A stretch of DNA of 63,133 bases, the filler included, from Basidiobolus meristosporus CBS 931.73 (taxonomy: Eukaryota; Fungi; Basidiobolomycota), in NCBI GenBank assembly GCA_002104905.1. It is 3 parts of 3 records of this genome, joined end to end, with 100 filler letters (N's around TTAATTAATTAA, not from the genome) between each part and the next. Parts side by side here need not be neighbours in the genome. Positions count along the whole stretch, not along the records: positions 20,000 to 49,664 come from MCFE01000865.1; 2 more parts are not named here. One strand, given 5' to 3'. The notes below the pieces were generated by a model. It did not search any database. It had not been told where the DNA came from and saw only the letters and a list, made by a program, of their open reading frames with translations. Both the position numbers and the translations under genes were made by a program. The stretch's first letter is position 1. Each line of letters begins with the position of its first letter. Positions 21,598-34,889 of the stretch are shown here, piece after piece.

Positions 21598-24300
21598 AAC
21601 AAAGGTGGTGTCGATGTTGCAACAGCCACTTGCTGGTCTTCAACTGAAGTTATTACTTTTGCTACATTCTCATCTGCCTGTGCATTATAGTCAGCTTGTA
21701 GCTCTGCAAAGATTCTCAATTGCCTACTTGACAGGGAGCCTAAGGAGTCCACATTACTACCTTCAGTGGGCATACTGTCAACATGGCCTTTTTTGGTTGT
21801 AGCCCTGCTTGTTGCACTATATGCCAAAGCAAGCTGTTATCCAACTGTTCTTCTGCTGCTGTCGGTGGTGGGATTTGGTTGGGAACAAGACAACTTTGCT
21901 TTATTTTTTAGCAGCATGCAAATGGAATTGAGTCAAACTAAAGGGGAAATGGTGTAACATATACATGTGTGTGATGCCATCACTATGTTTACAATGCTTA
22001 CTATGGCGGGTCATCATTGAATCTTACATTCATATAGGCTCAGTGTCCAAATACAAGACTGTCATAGGCTTACATGAGTGTTGACAAAAAAGTGATATAA
22101 AGTGTTACATTATTGAGTGTCAAACTGTCTGCCCCATGGACAAAGCTTCTTTGATTCAATGCTGTAAGAGAAGAGAAAAAAGACCATGTGGCTACTGTAG
22201 CAAGCCTCTCTGCTATGAAGGCTACAGACAGCATAGGAAGTATTACAAGGATTGTGGCCAGTGTTTTGCCACACAAGCTATATTTGACCACTCATCAGTC
22301 ACTACTGTACCAACAGTGCTTAGCTGGCCAGCTTATACATCTGTAATAGAACCTGGCTGTACTTGCTACTGTGCACAAACTGAGTCAGGTGAGTTTGTGA
22401 TGCCTTTGGGATCACCTTAGCCTTCTTAATATGGCATGCAGAGTTGTAGCTTAGAAGAAGAAGGCTCACTGATGGATTGTGACCCTATCTCCCCTAACAA
22501 GAGTACCCTGCATGAGCCTGGTAAAATCCCAATATGCAATGAGACAACACACATGGAAAAAATGCCAAGGATACTTTATGGAGTCTAGAGAGCCCAATAA
22601 ACCATCCACTGGTGAATGGTGTGATGTTGTGGCTAAAAAAGCGGCACATATCCACTGATATCAGTAATGGGGGCTTTAAGGAGGTACTACTACTTCTTGC
22701 CAAAATCATCCTGGGATGCAACTTGCCATGTACACGGTACAATATAGACAACTGTCATGTGGCTGGCAACATATGACCCAGAGACCGCCCTGATATCAGC
22801 ATGTGTTAACAGTTGCATGGCATTCACATCAGAGAATGACACCATTGCAAGATGTCCAACTTGTCAAGAATGCGCCACCATTGCAGGAAATTATTGTTCA
22901 CACTCCAGATATATTCCAGTAATACCCTGTCTAAACAAGCTTATGCAGTCCAACAAATATTGCAGAGCTATAAAGTGCTGCACTCAGCATTAATCAGGTT
23001 CAAGCATATCTGGAGATACCCTAGCAATTGCCAAGATAGCAGGCTTTTCTGGGCACAACATATAGTATTGCTGTTAAATGTTTGAGATCCAAAGGATTTA
23101 ATCCATGCCTGGCACACATTATTATTACCCAAGTACTAACCCTGAGACTATCATCTTCCTGCAAAGAGAATGCACAGAAGTCAGCTTGTAACTGCAGTAA
23201 AGTTGGCAAGGAATAGGCCATTGGCCAGAATATGAATTAATCAGAAACTGGAGATACTCAAGACAGAGGGTATCTGTTGGAGCAAAAGGAGCAATGCATT
23301 TGCTTTTCATTAATATACCTGTACAGATGACCAAGATGTACATTGGGGATTTGAAGCCAAATGAGCCCTTTGAGATACAGGAGAAATTTGAAAGAATTGG
23401 CAAGACATTACAGAGTATCTGCCACCCTAAGTACTTCTCACAGGCTCCAATCAGCATTTGTATGCATATGCAACAATACAAATGCCAGTACTGGATAAAC
23501 TGGATATGTATTTATTCAAGTGGTCTTCTGAAGCCATTTCTACCAAGAGTACATTGGAAGCATTAGGTGTCATATGTGGACATTGTAGGAATATTCATCC
23601 AGAAGCAGATCATAAATGCCAACTTGACACATCAACAGCTTTTGTGCAAGGAGTTTGTGACAGGAGTTGAGCGGCTATATTACAAACTTTAAGCTGAATG
23701 TGTAGATCTCTGCTGCTACTGTATCCATTCTGTACTCCATTTTGCTTGGTATGTGGAGAACATTGGGCCTTGCTTCACCTTTTGGGAGTTTCCTATGGAG
23801 CAGATATGTGGGGAGACCGGTAGATAAGTCAAGTTGCAGGTGCTACCATATTTCAATCTCATATAGAATATTACCTTCAAGTCTGTCATGGAAGTGATGA
23901 GCTGGCACATGTAGGACAGTTAGGAACAGTTGGAAATATTGAGTACAGATGTGTACATGGAGACACCTGTGCCTATGGCATTAAGGCACTAAGCAGCCCC
24001 AATATGTGGGTAATCTGCTAAGTAATGGGAAGTTAGGATGGGTGCAATATGAAACTGATTTTTATTTGGAGACTCACAAAAGTATGCTGGGTTTCTCTTG
24101 GTCACAAGCCAATTTTGACACCACTCAATCAGAATCCACACAAACAAGAGCCCAAGTACACCCATAAGGGGGACTAGAGTCCCACAGGGAGAAGTAATAT
24201 ATTGGCTAAATACCACAAAGTTCTTTGCAAATATTCCAGAGGTATTCACAGCAAAAGTGGCAGCAACCAAGCATATGATTACTGTATGTATATGTTACCC
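21598..24300 (+). mobile_element. Decayed CACTA/EnSpm-type element, copy B (ORF2 start plus transposase, internally deleted)
   Basis: Colinear with 27,170-31,800, including the divergent ORF starts. Confidence 0.8.
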
Positions 24301-24619
24301 CCTATGAAAAATTATTGAGATGATCCCGTCAAAAGGCTGTTACAAAGTTAATGTCCCATGACTGAGAGGTACTGATCCTGTCAGGACTCCGTCCAGAGAC
24401 CGTTGAAAAATAATTGCACCCCAGATTTCACAAAAAACTTTGTTGAATTTCTCATCACAACAATGTATAAGTGGCTTTTGATTGGTTCCCTGCCAATTTG
24501 CTCACTTTCTGATCCCAGACACTCTATTGCCTCCTCTGTTTGTGTGAATTGATTGGCTATTGCCTCTTTTTCACACTCCTTACTTCCTGACTCAGCCATT
24601 TCTCTTACTTTTCATGCGT

Positions 24620-25423
24620 TGTGGTAGGGTAAACATACCTCCCACAGACAAGTTTACTCATATAGTCATTATGATATACTTATCCATATTTTATCTTATC
24701 AGTATTATCCCATTCTTCTATTGCCCATATTATCAGTATTATCCCCATATGATGTTTACCCTGATTAGTTATTAGCATTAGTTATCCCAGATGTTATTCA
24801 GCTTTGTGATCAGTAGATGTATCTATATAAGGCAAGTACCCGCGTCAGTACCCGTGACACATGACCTAGGTCTGTGTTACCATCCCTACCATTTCAATAC
24901 CATATATGGTATTTCTATGTTGCACAGGTTTCAGACTACTGATTCCTGATTGGTTGAAAGTGCTGTGCCTTTTAGAACCTTCCAGGACATTCTTGGCATA
25001 TTTTTAGCTCATAGTGATGTCATCAAGAATTCCACTGATACCTAGAATCTTCTAGAACCTTGTCATTAGTAATCACTTGGCAATCAGGAAAAGTATTTAA
25101 GGGAAAGCAATCCCTCATCAATAAATCATCCCTTCTATCAGTAACACTTCTACCTTATTGATTAGCAGTTGATCACTGCACCTGCCTTCAACAGTACATC
25201 TCAGACCTGCCATCAAGGAGCTTTTCAGGGTAGTGCACAAGACACACAGAGGCCTTTGGAGACACTTGGAGCACCTAGGAAGCTAGAGAAGCAGGAGCTT
25301 TTACCATAGTGACATATTGACAAAGACACCAGCAGTTTAGACACAGAGGTTATTGCACCCATCAGACACCTCACACACCTTGAGTTGTGTAGCTTCTCCC
25401 AGGAGTACCTCTACACCACCACA
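24620..25423. mobile_element. 804-bp solo LTR
   Basis: Inverted termini TGTGGT...ACCACA and a perfect 4-bp TSD GCGT (24,616-24,619 and 25,424-25,427). Interrupts sequence that is contiguous near 10,190. Confidence 0.85.
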
Positions 25424-25559
25424 GCGTACAAATTGATTTATTTCCGTTGAAACTTCAGTTGTATCTCAATTGCCAATTGTATTGACCTATACAAGTCTCT
25501 ATACCCTACACTAACATTAAGCCCAACCCCACACTCAACAAGTAACTCCATTAAAATCC

Positions 25560-27492
25560 ACTACTCAATAAGTATTTCTGCTGTGACGCTCTGGTTCCAC
25601 AACTTTGGCAGGAACCCAACGGCTTTATGCCACTGTTCATCCACTGGTTCCCACACGTCCTGGTCATCAGCTGGCACTGCAAGGTCTAGCTCCTCATCTG
25701 CCAGTCTTTGCAATAAATCCTTGCAATATTCCAGTGCATTTTCTTGAGCACTGCTCTTGAGGGAGTGCTGCAACCTCTTGGTGTGCCTATTAATGTTCCA
25801 AAACTCCACTGAAGGCATTGTGATAGTCTTCCAAGCTCTTGATATTGTAGCCTTGTCTGTCAGTGGGATCTCCACTCTGTCAACAATGGAGGCTGTGGAG
25901 GCTGTCATAGACAAATTGCCTTTTTCAGCAAACTCATCTACCTTGCTGGAGTGTAGCTCAACTGGCTGCGCTTCCAACTCTTGTGAAAACAGCTGTTTTC
26001 TTGTTGGTAATTATTCTTGGCTATGATGGGATTCAGTCTGTTCCTGGCTTGCGGGCGTTAATTGGCAAGAGCTGCAGTTGTTTTTGCATGCCTCCCTGTC
26101 TCAGGCTTGGGTAGACATTTTTCCCTTTAGCTTTTCCTTTATCATTGCCAGGTCTTTCACTGCTACTTTGGCTGAGTGCTTCTTGTAAAGAACTTTGTTT
26201 TCTCCTGGATAAATTCTGCTCTGACGCGTCTGTTTTGGCCTGCTTGTCCCTTGCTGGCACTCTTCCGGCAACCTGATGTTTCATTTCAGCTTGTATTGAG
26301 CTCTCAACCGTAGTTGTGACAGGCTCCTGTAAAAGCGGCTGGTTTTTATCACTGCCAGGTCCTTCACTGCTACTTTAACTAGGTGCTTCTTGAGTGGTAA
26401 TACGCTTTTTCCTTGATAAATGTTGCGCTGGTGCATCCAAGTCTGCCTGCTTGTCCTTAAGTGGCACTCTTCCAGCTGCCTGACTTCTCTTTGACCCTTG
26501 TCTGGAGCTTTTGGCCCTGCTTGTAATGGGCTCTTGAGGAAGCCGCTGGTTTTTAGCCATGGCACCCTTGTTCTTCTGCCTTTGATAGTTTCTGCTATTC
26601 TTAAGATACTCTCTTAGCATACCAATGCTGGCCCAAAATCTGTTTGCCCATTTGAATCCAGGATAATGCTCATGGAACAAGTCAAGTTGAGTTCCTGATG
26701 GCCCCATGGTATGCCGGCCTTAAGGTGATGGCATGCTAGACTTCTGACAGCCTCTTGTATATTAGCCCACTCTTCATTATTGCACTCAACGGCTTCACGA
26801 ATCTTCAATGTCTTTTGATTTTTAGGCTTTGGTATAAACACCACATTGTCTCCCTCCCATGCTGTGATAGGTTTTTCTGTGGGCTTTATATTTGGGCACT
26901 GTTGTTGTGCTTCAAAGACTGTACGGTGTTCCTCTGCTGTTACATCAGGAAATGGCTCAATTCTTGGCTGTGACATTGAGCTACTTGAGTTCCTTCTTTG
27001 CAGCAAACATACTGCTTTCTCTACCTGGGATATTTATTGCTCTACACATATTATCTGCTTATCCTGTTTCTGGACTACTTCCTGATTTCTCTGGGCCATT
27101 GCATCTATCCTATCAGCCACTGCACCTAATTGCTTCATTAATGCTTTGGTATGAGCTGACAACATACTTGCTAATATGGGTGGTGGTGATGTTATCATGG
27201 CCACTTGCTGATCTTCAACTGAGGGTACTGCGTTTGCTACATTCTCATCTGCCTGAGCATGATGGTCAGCATGTGGCTCCACAGAGGTTCTCAATTGCCT
27301 ACTTGACTGAGAGCCTGAGGAGTCCGCATTATTACCTTCAATGGGCACACTGTCCACAGGGCCTTTTTTGGATGTAGCCCTGCTTGTTGCACTGAATGTC
27401 AAAGCAAGCTGTTGTCCAATCATTCTTCTGTTGCCGTCAGCGGTGGGGTTTGGTTGAAAACCAGACAACTTTGCTTTATTTTTTGGCGGCAT
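25560..27492 (-). pseudogene. CACTA-associated ORF2 (TnpA-like accessory protein), fragmented
   Basis: Successive ORF pieces starting MPPKNKAK: coiled coil, W..Q/WASIGMLREYLKNSRNY block, and two 69-codon repeats. Function is inferred from position only. Confidence 0.55.
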
Positions 27493-27608
27493 ATATATGG
27501 AAGTGAGTCAAACCAAAGGGGAAATAGTGTTACATATACATGTGTATGTGGTGCCACAACTTTATTTATAATGCTTACTATGGCGTGTCATCATTGAATC
27601 TTACATTC

Positions 27609-29960
27609 ATGTAGGTGCAATGTCTCAAACACAAGACTGTCTTTAGTTCACTTGAGTATTGACCAAAAAGTGATAAAATAGCGTTACATTGTTGAAGGTC
27701 AAACTGTTTGCCCCATGGACAAGACTACTTTGACTCAATGCCATAAGAGAAGAGAAAAAAGACCATGTCGCTATTGTGGCAAGCCTCTCAGCCATGAAGC
27801 ACACAGACAGCATAGGAAGTATTACAAGGATCACCGCCAGTGTTTTGCCACCCAAGTCATATTTGACCATTCATTGGTCACTACTGTACCAACATTATCT
27901 TGCCAGCCAGTTGATATTTCTATATTGGCACCTGGCTGTCTTTGTCACCTTGCGCAAACTGAGTCAGGTGAGTTTATGATGCCTTTAGGCTCACCTCAGC
28001 CTTCTGAATATGGCACGCAGAGTGATAGCTCTGATGAAGAAGGTTCACTGATGAATTTTGAGCCTATCTCCCCTAACAACAGTACCACGTATGAGCCCGG
28101 TCCAATCCCTATATGCAATGAGACAACACCCATTGAGACAAATGCCAAGGATACTTTATGGAGCCAAGTGAGCCCAGTAATTCATTTACTGGTGAATGAT
28201 GTGATGTTGTGGCTAGAGAAGTGGAGTGTTTCCACTAATAATAGTAACGGGGGCTTTGAGGATTTATTACTACTTCTTGCCAAAATCATACCAGGATGCA
28301 ACTTACCATGTACATGGTACAAGTGTACAACCGTCATGCAGCTGCCAACATATGATCCAGAGACTGTCCTGGCTCCAGCATGTGTTAACAGTATGTAGGT
28401 GCAATGTCTCAAACACAAGACTGTCTTTAGTTCACTTGAGTATTGACCAAAAAGTGATAAAATAGCGTTACATTGTTGAAGGTCAAACTGTTTGCCCCAT
28501 GGACAAGACTACTTTGACTCAATGCCATAAGAGAAGAGAAAAAAGACCATGTCGCTATTGTGGCAAGCCTCTCAGCCATGAAGCACACAGACAGCATAGG
28601 AAGTATTACAAGGATCACCGCCAGTGTTTTGCCACCCAAGTCATATTTGACCATTCATTGGTCACTACTGTACCAACATTATCTTGCCAGCCAGTTGATA
28701 TTTCTATATTGGCACCTGGCTGTCTTTGTCACCTTGCGCAAACTGAGTCAGGTGAGTTTATGATGCCTTTAGGCTCACCTCAGCCTTCTGAATATGGCAC
28801 GCAGAGTGATAGCTCTGATGAAGAAGGTTCACTGATGAATTTTGAGCCTATCTCCCCTAACAACAGTACCACGTATGAGCCCGGTCCAATCCCTATATGC
28901 AATGAGACAACACCCATTGAGACAAATGCCAAGGATACTTTATGGAGCCAAGTGAGCCCAGTAATTCATTTACTGGTGAATGATGTGATGTTGTGGCTAG
29001 AGAAGTGGAGTGTTTCCACTAATAATAGTAACGGGGGCTTTGAGGATTTATTACTACTTCTTGCCAAAATCATACCAGGATGCAACTTACCATGTACATG
29101 GTACAAGTGTACAACCGTCATGCAGCTGCCAACATATGATCCAGAGACTGTCCTGGCTCCAGCATGTGTTAACAGTATGTAGGTGCAATGTCTCAAACAC
29201 AAGACTGTCTTTAGTTCACTTGAGTATTGACCAAAAAGTGATAAAATAGCGTTACATTGTTGAAGGTCAAACTGTTTGCCCCATGGACAAGACTACTTTG
29301 ACTCAATGCCATAAGAGAAGAGAAAAAAGACCATGTCGCTATTGTGGCAAGCCTCTCAGCCATGAAGCACACAGACAGCATAGGAAGTATTACAAGGATC
29401 ACCGCCAGTGTTTTGCCACCCAAGTCATATTTGACCATTCATTGGTCACTACTGTACCAACATTATCTTGCCAGCCAGTTGATATTTCTATATTGGCACC
29501 TGGCTGTCTTTGTCACCTTGCGCAAACTGAGTCAGGTGAGTTTATGATGCCTTTAGGCTCACCTCAGCCTTCTGAATATGGCACGCAGAGTGATAGCTCT
29601 GATGAAGAAGGTTCACTGATGAATTTTGAACCTATCTCCCCTAACAACAGTACCACGTATGAGCCCGGTCCAATCCCTATATGCAATGAGACAACACCCA
29701 TTGAGACAAATGCCAAGGATACTTTATGGAGCCAAGTGAGCCCAGTAATTCATTTACTGGTGAATGATGTGATGTTGTGGCTAGAGAAGTGGAGTGTTTC
29801 CACTAATAATAGTAACGGGGGCTTTGAGGATTTATTACTACTTCTTGCCAAAATCATACCAGGATGCAACTTACCATGTACATGGTACAAGTGTACAACC
29901 GTCATGCAGCTGCCAACATATGATCCAGAGACTGTCCTGGCTCCAGCATGTGTTAACAGT
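27609..29960 (+). repeat. Three tandem copies of a 784-bp unit
   Basis: Units at 27,609, 28,393 and 29,177. The ORF track repeats with period 784. Only one difference seen (GAG/GAA at about 29,630). Confidence 0.97.
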
Positions 29961-31973
29961 TGCATGGCATTCACATCCAAAAATGCTACCATTGCAACAT
30001 GTCCAAATTGTCAGGAATCCACCACCATTGAGGGAAAACATTGTTCACACTCTGGATATATTCCGGTCATGCCCCATCTGAGGAAGCTGATGCAGTCTGA
30101 CAAATATTGCAAAGCTATACGGTACTGCACTTGGCACCAATCAAGCGCAAACATATCCAATATATTTGATAGCAAACATTACAAACAGCTAAGAAGCAAG
30201 GGCTACTTTGAAGGTATGTATGACCATGCCTTTGCTTTAGCACTTGATGGATTCTCATTAAACAAGTACTCTACCAGCAAATCCTGCTGGCCACTGATTC
30301 TCATCAATCTGAATCTGCAGCCCATCTTACAGTATCAGAGCAATAATCTGATGGTAGTCTCACTGGTATCTGGGCCTAAATCACTGTCCAACCTGGATAG
30401 CTACCTGTATCCATTGCTGAATGAATTTTGTATGCTTTCCAGCAGAATAATGGTGAATGGCCGTCATGTAAAAGCGCATATTATTATCTGCATTGGAGAT
30501 ACCCCAGCCATCAGCAAGATAGCAGGTTTTTCCGGGCACAATGGATAGTATTGCTGTTGAATATGTGAGATCCAGGGGATTTACTCCATAACTCACACAC
30601 ATTATTATTACCCAAACACCAGCACTAAGAACATCATCTTTCAACAGAGAGAACGTACAGAAGTAAGCATGCAATTGCAGCAAAGTTGGCAAGCTATAAG
30701 CCATTGGCCGGAAGATGGAATCAATTGGAAACTGGAGATACTTAAGATAGAGGGCATCTGTTGGAGCAAAAGCTTTCCACTGGGAGCAATGCATTTGCTT
30801 TTCAACAATATCCCTGTACTGATGACCAAGTTGTACACGGGGCATTTCAAGCTAACTGAGCCCTTCAAGATACCAAAGAAATTTGAAAAAATTGGCAAGA
30901 TATTACAGAGTATCCGCTACCCTAAGTACTTCTCACGGGCTCCAATTAATATTCATACGCATATGCAACAATACAAATGCAAAGACTGGATGAACCAGAT
31001 ATGTATTTATTCAAGTGGTGTTCTGAAGCCATTCCTACCAAGAGTACATTGGAAGCATTGGGAGTCATATGCAGACATTGTAGGAATATTTATCCAGAAG
31101 CAGATCACCAATGCCAACTTGATGCATCTACAGCTGTTGTGTAAGGAGTTTGTGATGGGATTTGAGCGGCTATACTACAAACATAAAGCTGAACGTGTAG
31201 ATCTCTGCCGCTACTGTATCCATTCTCAACTCCATCTTGCACGGTGTGTGGAGAATATTGGGCCTTGCTTCACCTTTTGAGAGTTTCCCATAGAGCGGAT
31301 GTGTGGGAGATAGGAAGACAGGTCAAGTTGCAGGTACTACCATATCCCAATCTCATCAAGAATATTACCTTCAAGTCCGTCATGGATGTGATGAGTTGGC
31401 ACATGGAGGACAGCCAGAAAGAGTTGGAAAATACTGAGGAAAAATGTGCACATGCAGACACCTATGCCTATGGCATTAAGAAGCTAAGCAGCCCCAATGC
31501 ATGGGTAATCAGTTAAGTAATGCAAAGTTGGGTTGGGTGCAACAAGCAACTAATTTTTATCAGGAAAACACCACCAAGATATGCCGGATTTCTTGTGGTC
31601 ACAAGCCAACTTCTACACCATTCAATATGGAATTCACACAAACAAAAGCCAGAGCGCACCTATAAGGGGGACTAGAATTCAGCAGGGTGAAGGAATATAT
31701 TGGCTAAATACCAAGATGTTCTTTGCCAATATTCAGGAGGTATTCATTGCAGAAGTGGCAACAACCAAGCATATGTTTGCAAGATGTATATGCTACCAGC
31801 AGTACAAGGTATATGGCAACATTGCAAGTATCACACTAAAAAGCCGTAAAGTTGAGGTGATAGAAGTATGTCAATTGCGGCAGGTGTGCACATTTGCAGA
31901 GGTTAGTAAGCACAAGGCCATGGTTTTGTTTGATTTGAACTATATGTGGAATACCCAAGGTAGTAGTGGGTAA
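29283..31973 (+). pseudogene. CACTA/EnSpm (Transposase_21-like) transposase, copy C
   Basis: N-terminal CRYC...H..H zinc finger. LALDGF, CWPLILINLNL, GPK..LDSYL.PL..E, GDTPA, MHLLF and W(stop)EFPIERMCG motifs. Stops at 30,546 and 31,278 and a frameshift near 31,310. Confidence 0.85.
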
Positions 31974-33110
31974 GCAAATAAAGAAAGGTGATTCTACAGT
32001 GGAATATATGAATTGCACAAGGGGAGGTAGAAAAGGGAAATACCATTTGGTAAATTGGTACGGTAGCATTATACTTAACCAGCAGCAGGCCGTCATACTG
32101 CCAAAAAAAAGCTATCACAGTCTTGCTGTGAGGCCGTCAAAATACCGTCAAGTTTCTTGACATATAAGGCAATTGGAAGTCCTGGCCAACTGGATCCACT
32201 TAAAATAATAATAGAGCGCTGAAAGACTGCAATAATAACATGCAAATATGGTCACAGCACCAATCAAAAATTGTCAAGTTTTATCCCTTTATTTGGCTGT
32301 AAAATTTGCAAAACACCATCATGATCTTGTTGTAAGATTGTCAGGAGGGTCACTAATTCCAAGCTGCTGTTATTATGACGGACTCTGAATGGGATCTTGA
32401 TGGATGATCCGGATCAGATCCACCTGTGGGACCAAATTATTTTTCATAGGGACCAGCAATCAAGGAATATGGCAACTTTGCAAGTCTCACCCCAAAAAGC
32501 TGTAAAGTTGGGTAGATAGAAGCATGTTGATTGTGGCAAGTGTGCACATTTGTAGAGGTTGGTAAACAGGAGGCCATAGTTGCTTTTGATTCAAACTCTA
32601 TAGAGAATACCCAAGGTAGTAGTGGGTGACCAAATAAAGAGGGGTAATTCTACAGTGCAATATAAGAATTGCACAAGGTGCAGTAGAAAAAGGGAATACC
32701 ATTTGGCTAATTGGTAGAGTAGCATTATACAGAACAAGCTGTAGGCCACCACACAGTTGTGATTGTGCCATCACATGCTTGCAATGAGGCCATCAAAACA
32801 CCATCAAGATTTTTACCATTTAGGGCACTTGGTTGTACTGGCTGCTTGGATTTACTTAAATATTGGTTGCAGTGCACATTCAGACTGCAACAATCCCATG
32901 CAAACCTTGGCAAAACACTAAACAACACTGTCATGTTTTTCAATTTTATTTTGTGGTAAAACTAGCCAACTGCCATTGTAATCCCATCATAAGATTGTGT
33001 AGAGGGTATTCTATTCCAAGCTGCTGGTACTATGACAGTCTCCTAACAGGATCCAGAAAGCTGATCCAGATTGGATCCACCCACATGGCCACATTATTTT
33101 TTGCCAAGTA
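31840..33110 (+). repeat. Old diverged tandem duplication (about 650-bp period) of the CACTA 3' region
   Basis: 32,490-33,110 is colinear with 31,840-32,460, with many substitutions. Confidence 0.7.
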
Positions 33111-34889
33111 TAGAACACTTTATGCAGTGGGAGAAGGAACTATCCCAGTAAACCTTGGAAGCAGTAAAGGAAACCACACACTGACCTTTAAACAAGTACT
33201 CTATGTACCAGAAGTAGTCAAGAACCTACTATCTGTAAGCAAGGCCACAGCAGAAGGACTAAGTCTTAGCTTTGACAATTCTGGATGCATGATCACTGAT
33301 CAAAATGATGCCCATATTACTTTGGGCGTTAGAGCTCAGAGTCTGTGCAAGTTGACTTATATTTGCTCATATCTAGAAGTCTGTATAAGCAGCTCAGATG
33401 AAGAAATTCTAATATTTTGGTGCAGGAGATTTGGACACATCAATTTTGTTTATTTGTGCAAAATGATTTAACATCAGCTAATTTCCAGAGTAAAATTGCT
33501 CTGCCAGTTAATTTAGAGCACTATGAAACCTGTATATATGTGAAACAAGCCAGACACCCACACAAGAGCTCTGGGTCATTGAAAACTAAGAAAAAATAAG
33601 ATCTAGCCCATCCAGAACTGTGTGGACCTATGAAAAATATATTTTTAGCAGAATGAGGTATTTAATTACTTTTGTTGACAGTTTTGCAAGATACACATGG
33701 GTCAACCTCATGGTTAGAAACAAAAAAACTTTTACCAAGCTCAGGGAGTTCAAAGCCAGAGAGGAGAGAGAAACTGGTAAAATCAAGATAATATACTCTG
33801 ACAATGGTGGAAAATACACCTCAAAACTCTTTATTCACTTCTGCAAAGTTCTTGGGATAAGACAAGAGAGTACTCTATGACACTCCCTGCAGCAAAGTGG
33901 AGTAGCAGAATGTGCCAACTAATCAATAACTCATGAGATAAGATCCATGATCCATGATCAAAAATCATCCTATGATCTTAGGGCAACCCCTGACTGTAAA
34001 GAGGCTCTACATAGCACCCAACAAAAGTATTGGAGATCTGCAATAACTGAGGAGTATCAGGCCTGGATAAAAAATCATACCTGGGACTTTGTCAAATTAC
34101 CAACCAACCAAAAGCTGACTGGATGCAGATAGGTCTTTAAGGCAAAACACAAGGCCAATAGTACAATTGAAAGATACAAAGCAAGACTTGTGGTCAAAGG
34201 ATACTCTCAAACAAAAGAACTTGATAATACTGAGACCTATGTACCAACAGCCAAGCTTAATTTATCAGATTAATATTGTCTGTTGCAGCCAAATGGAAGT
34301 TTTTTATACATCATATTGCTCTAAATACCACATTTCTGAATAGAGAACTTGATGAGGATGTGTAAATGGACCAGCCTGATGGATGTGCTGACCATGAAAA
34401 CTCCTGCTTGGTCTTCAAGCTTAAAGTATCTCTATATAGCCTCAAGCAATAACCTAGAGAATTACATGATAGATTCCTATTTGGGATCTTTAAGTTTCAG
34501 AAGGAGTAGTAGGGACTAAAGTATATACTATAAGGCAGATAGAGCAAAAGTAGTTCTATTAGCTCTATATGTGGATGATCTTATCATAGCCACCAATAAC
34601 CTTGAAACATTGGAAGAGACTAAATTCAGTCTATTTCAAGAGTTCAAGTTGTCCAATCTAGGAGAACTCTGTTACTACTTGGGGATTAAGTTCTCCATAG
34701 ACAGAAGTACCCAGACTATCACCCTAAGTCAATCCAAGTATATTCAAGATATACTAAACAAGTACAAAATGGAAGACTGTAAACCGGCAGCTACCCCAAT
34801 GGAGACAAACCTTAACTTGGTCAAAACTCAACCAAATCAAGAGAGCTTGGTGCCATCTGAAAGCCCTGACTTTCCTTATCAATCTATGG
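33111..34889 (+). mobile_element. Decayed, internally deleted Copia-1 pol fragment
   Basis: Colinear with 3660-6010, with a deletion near 33,980. Confidence 0.88.
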
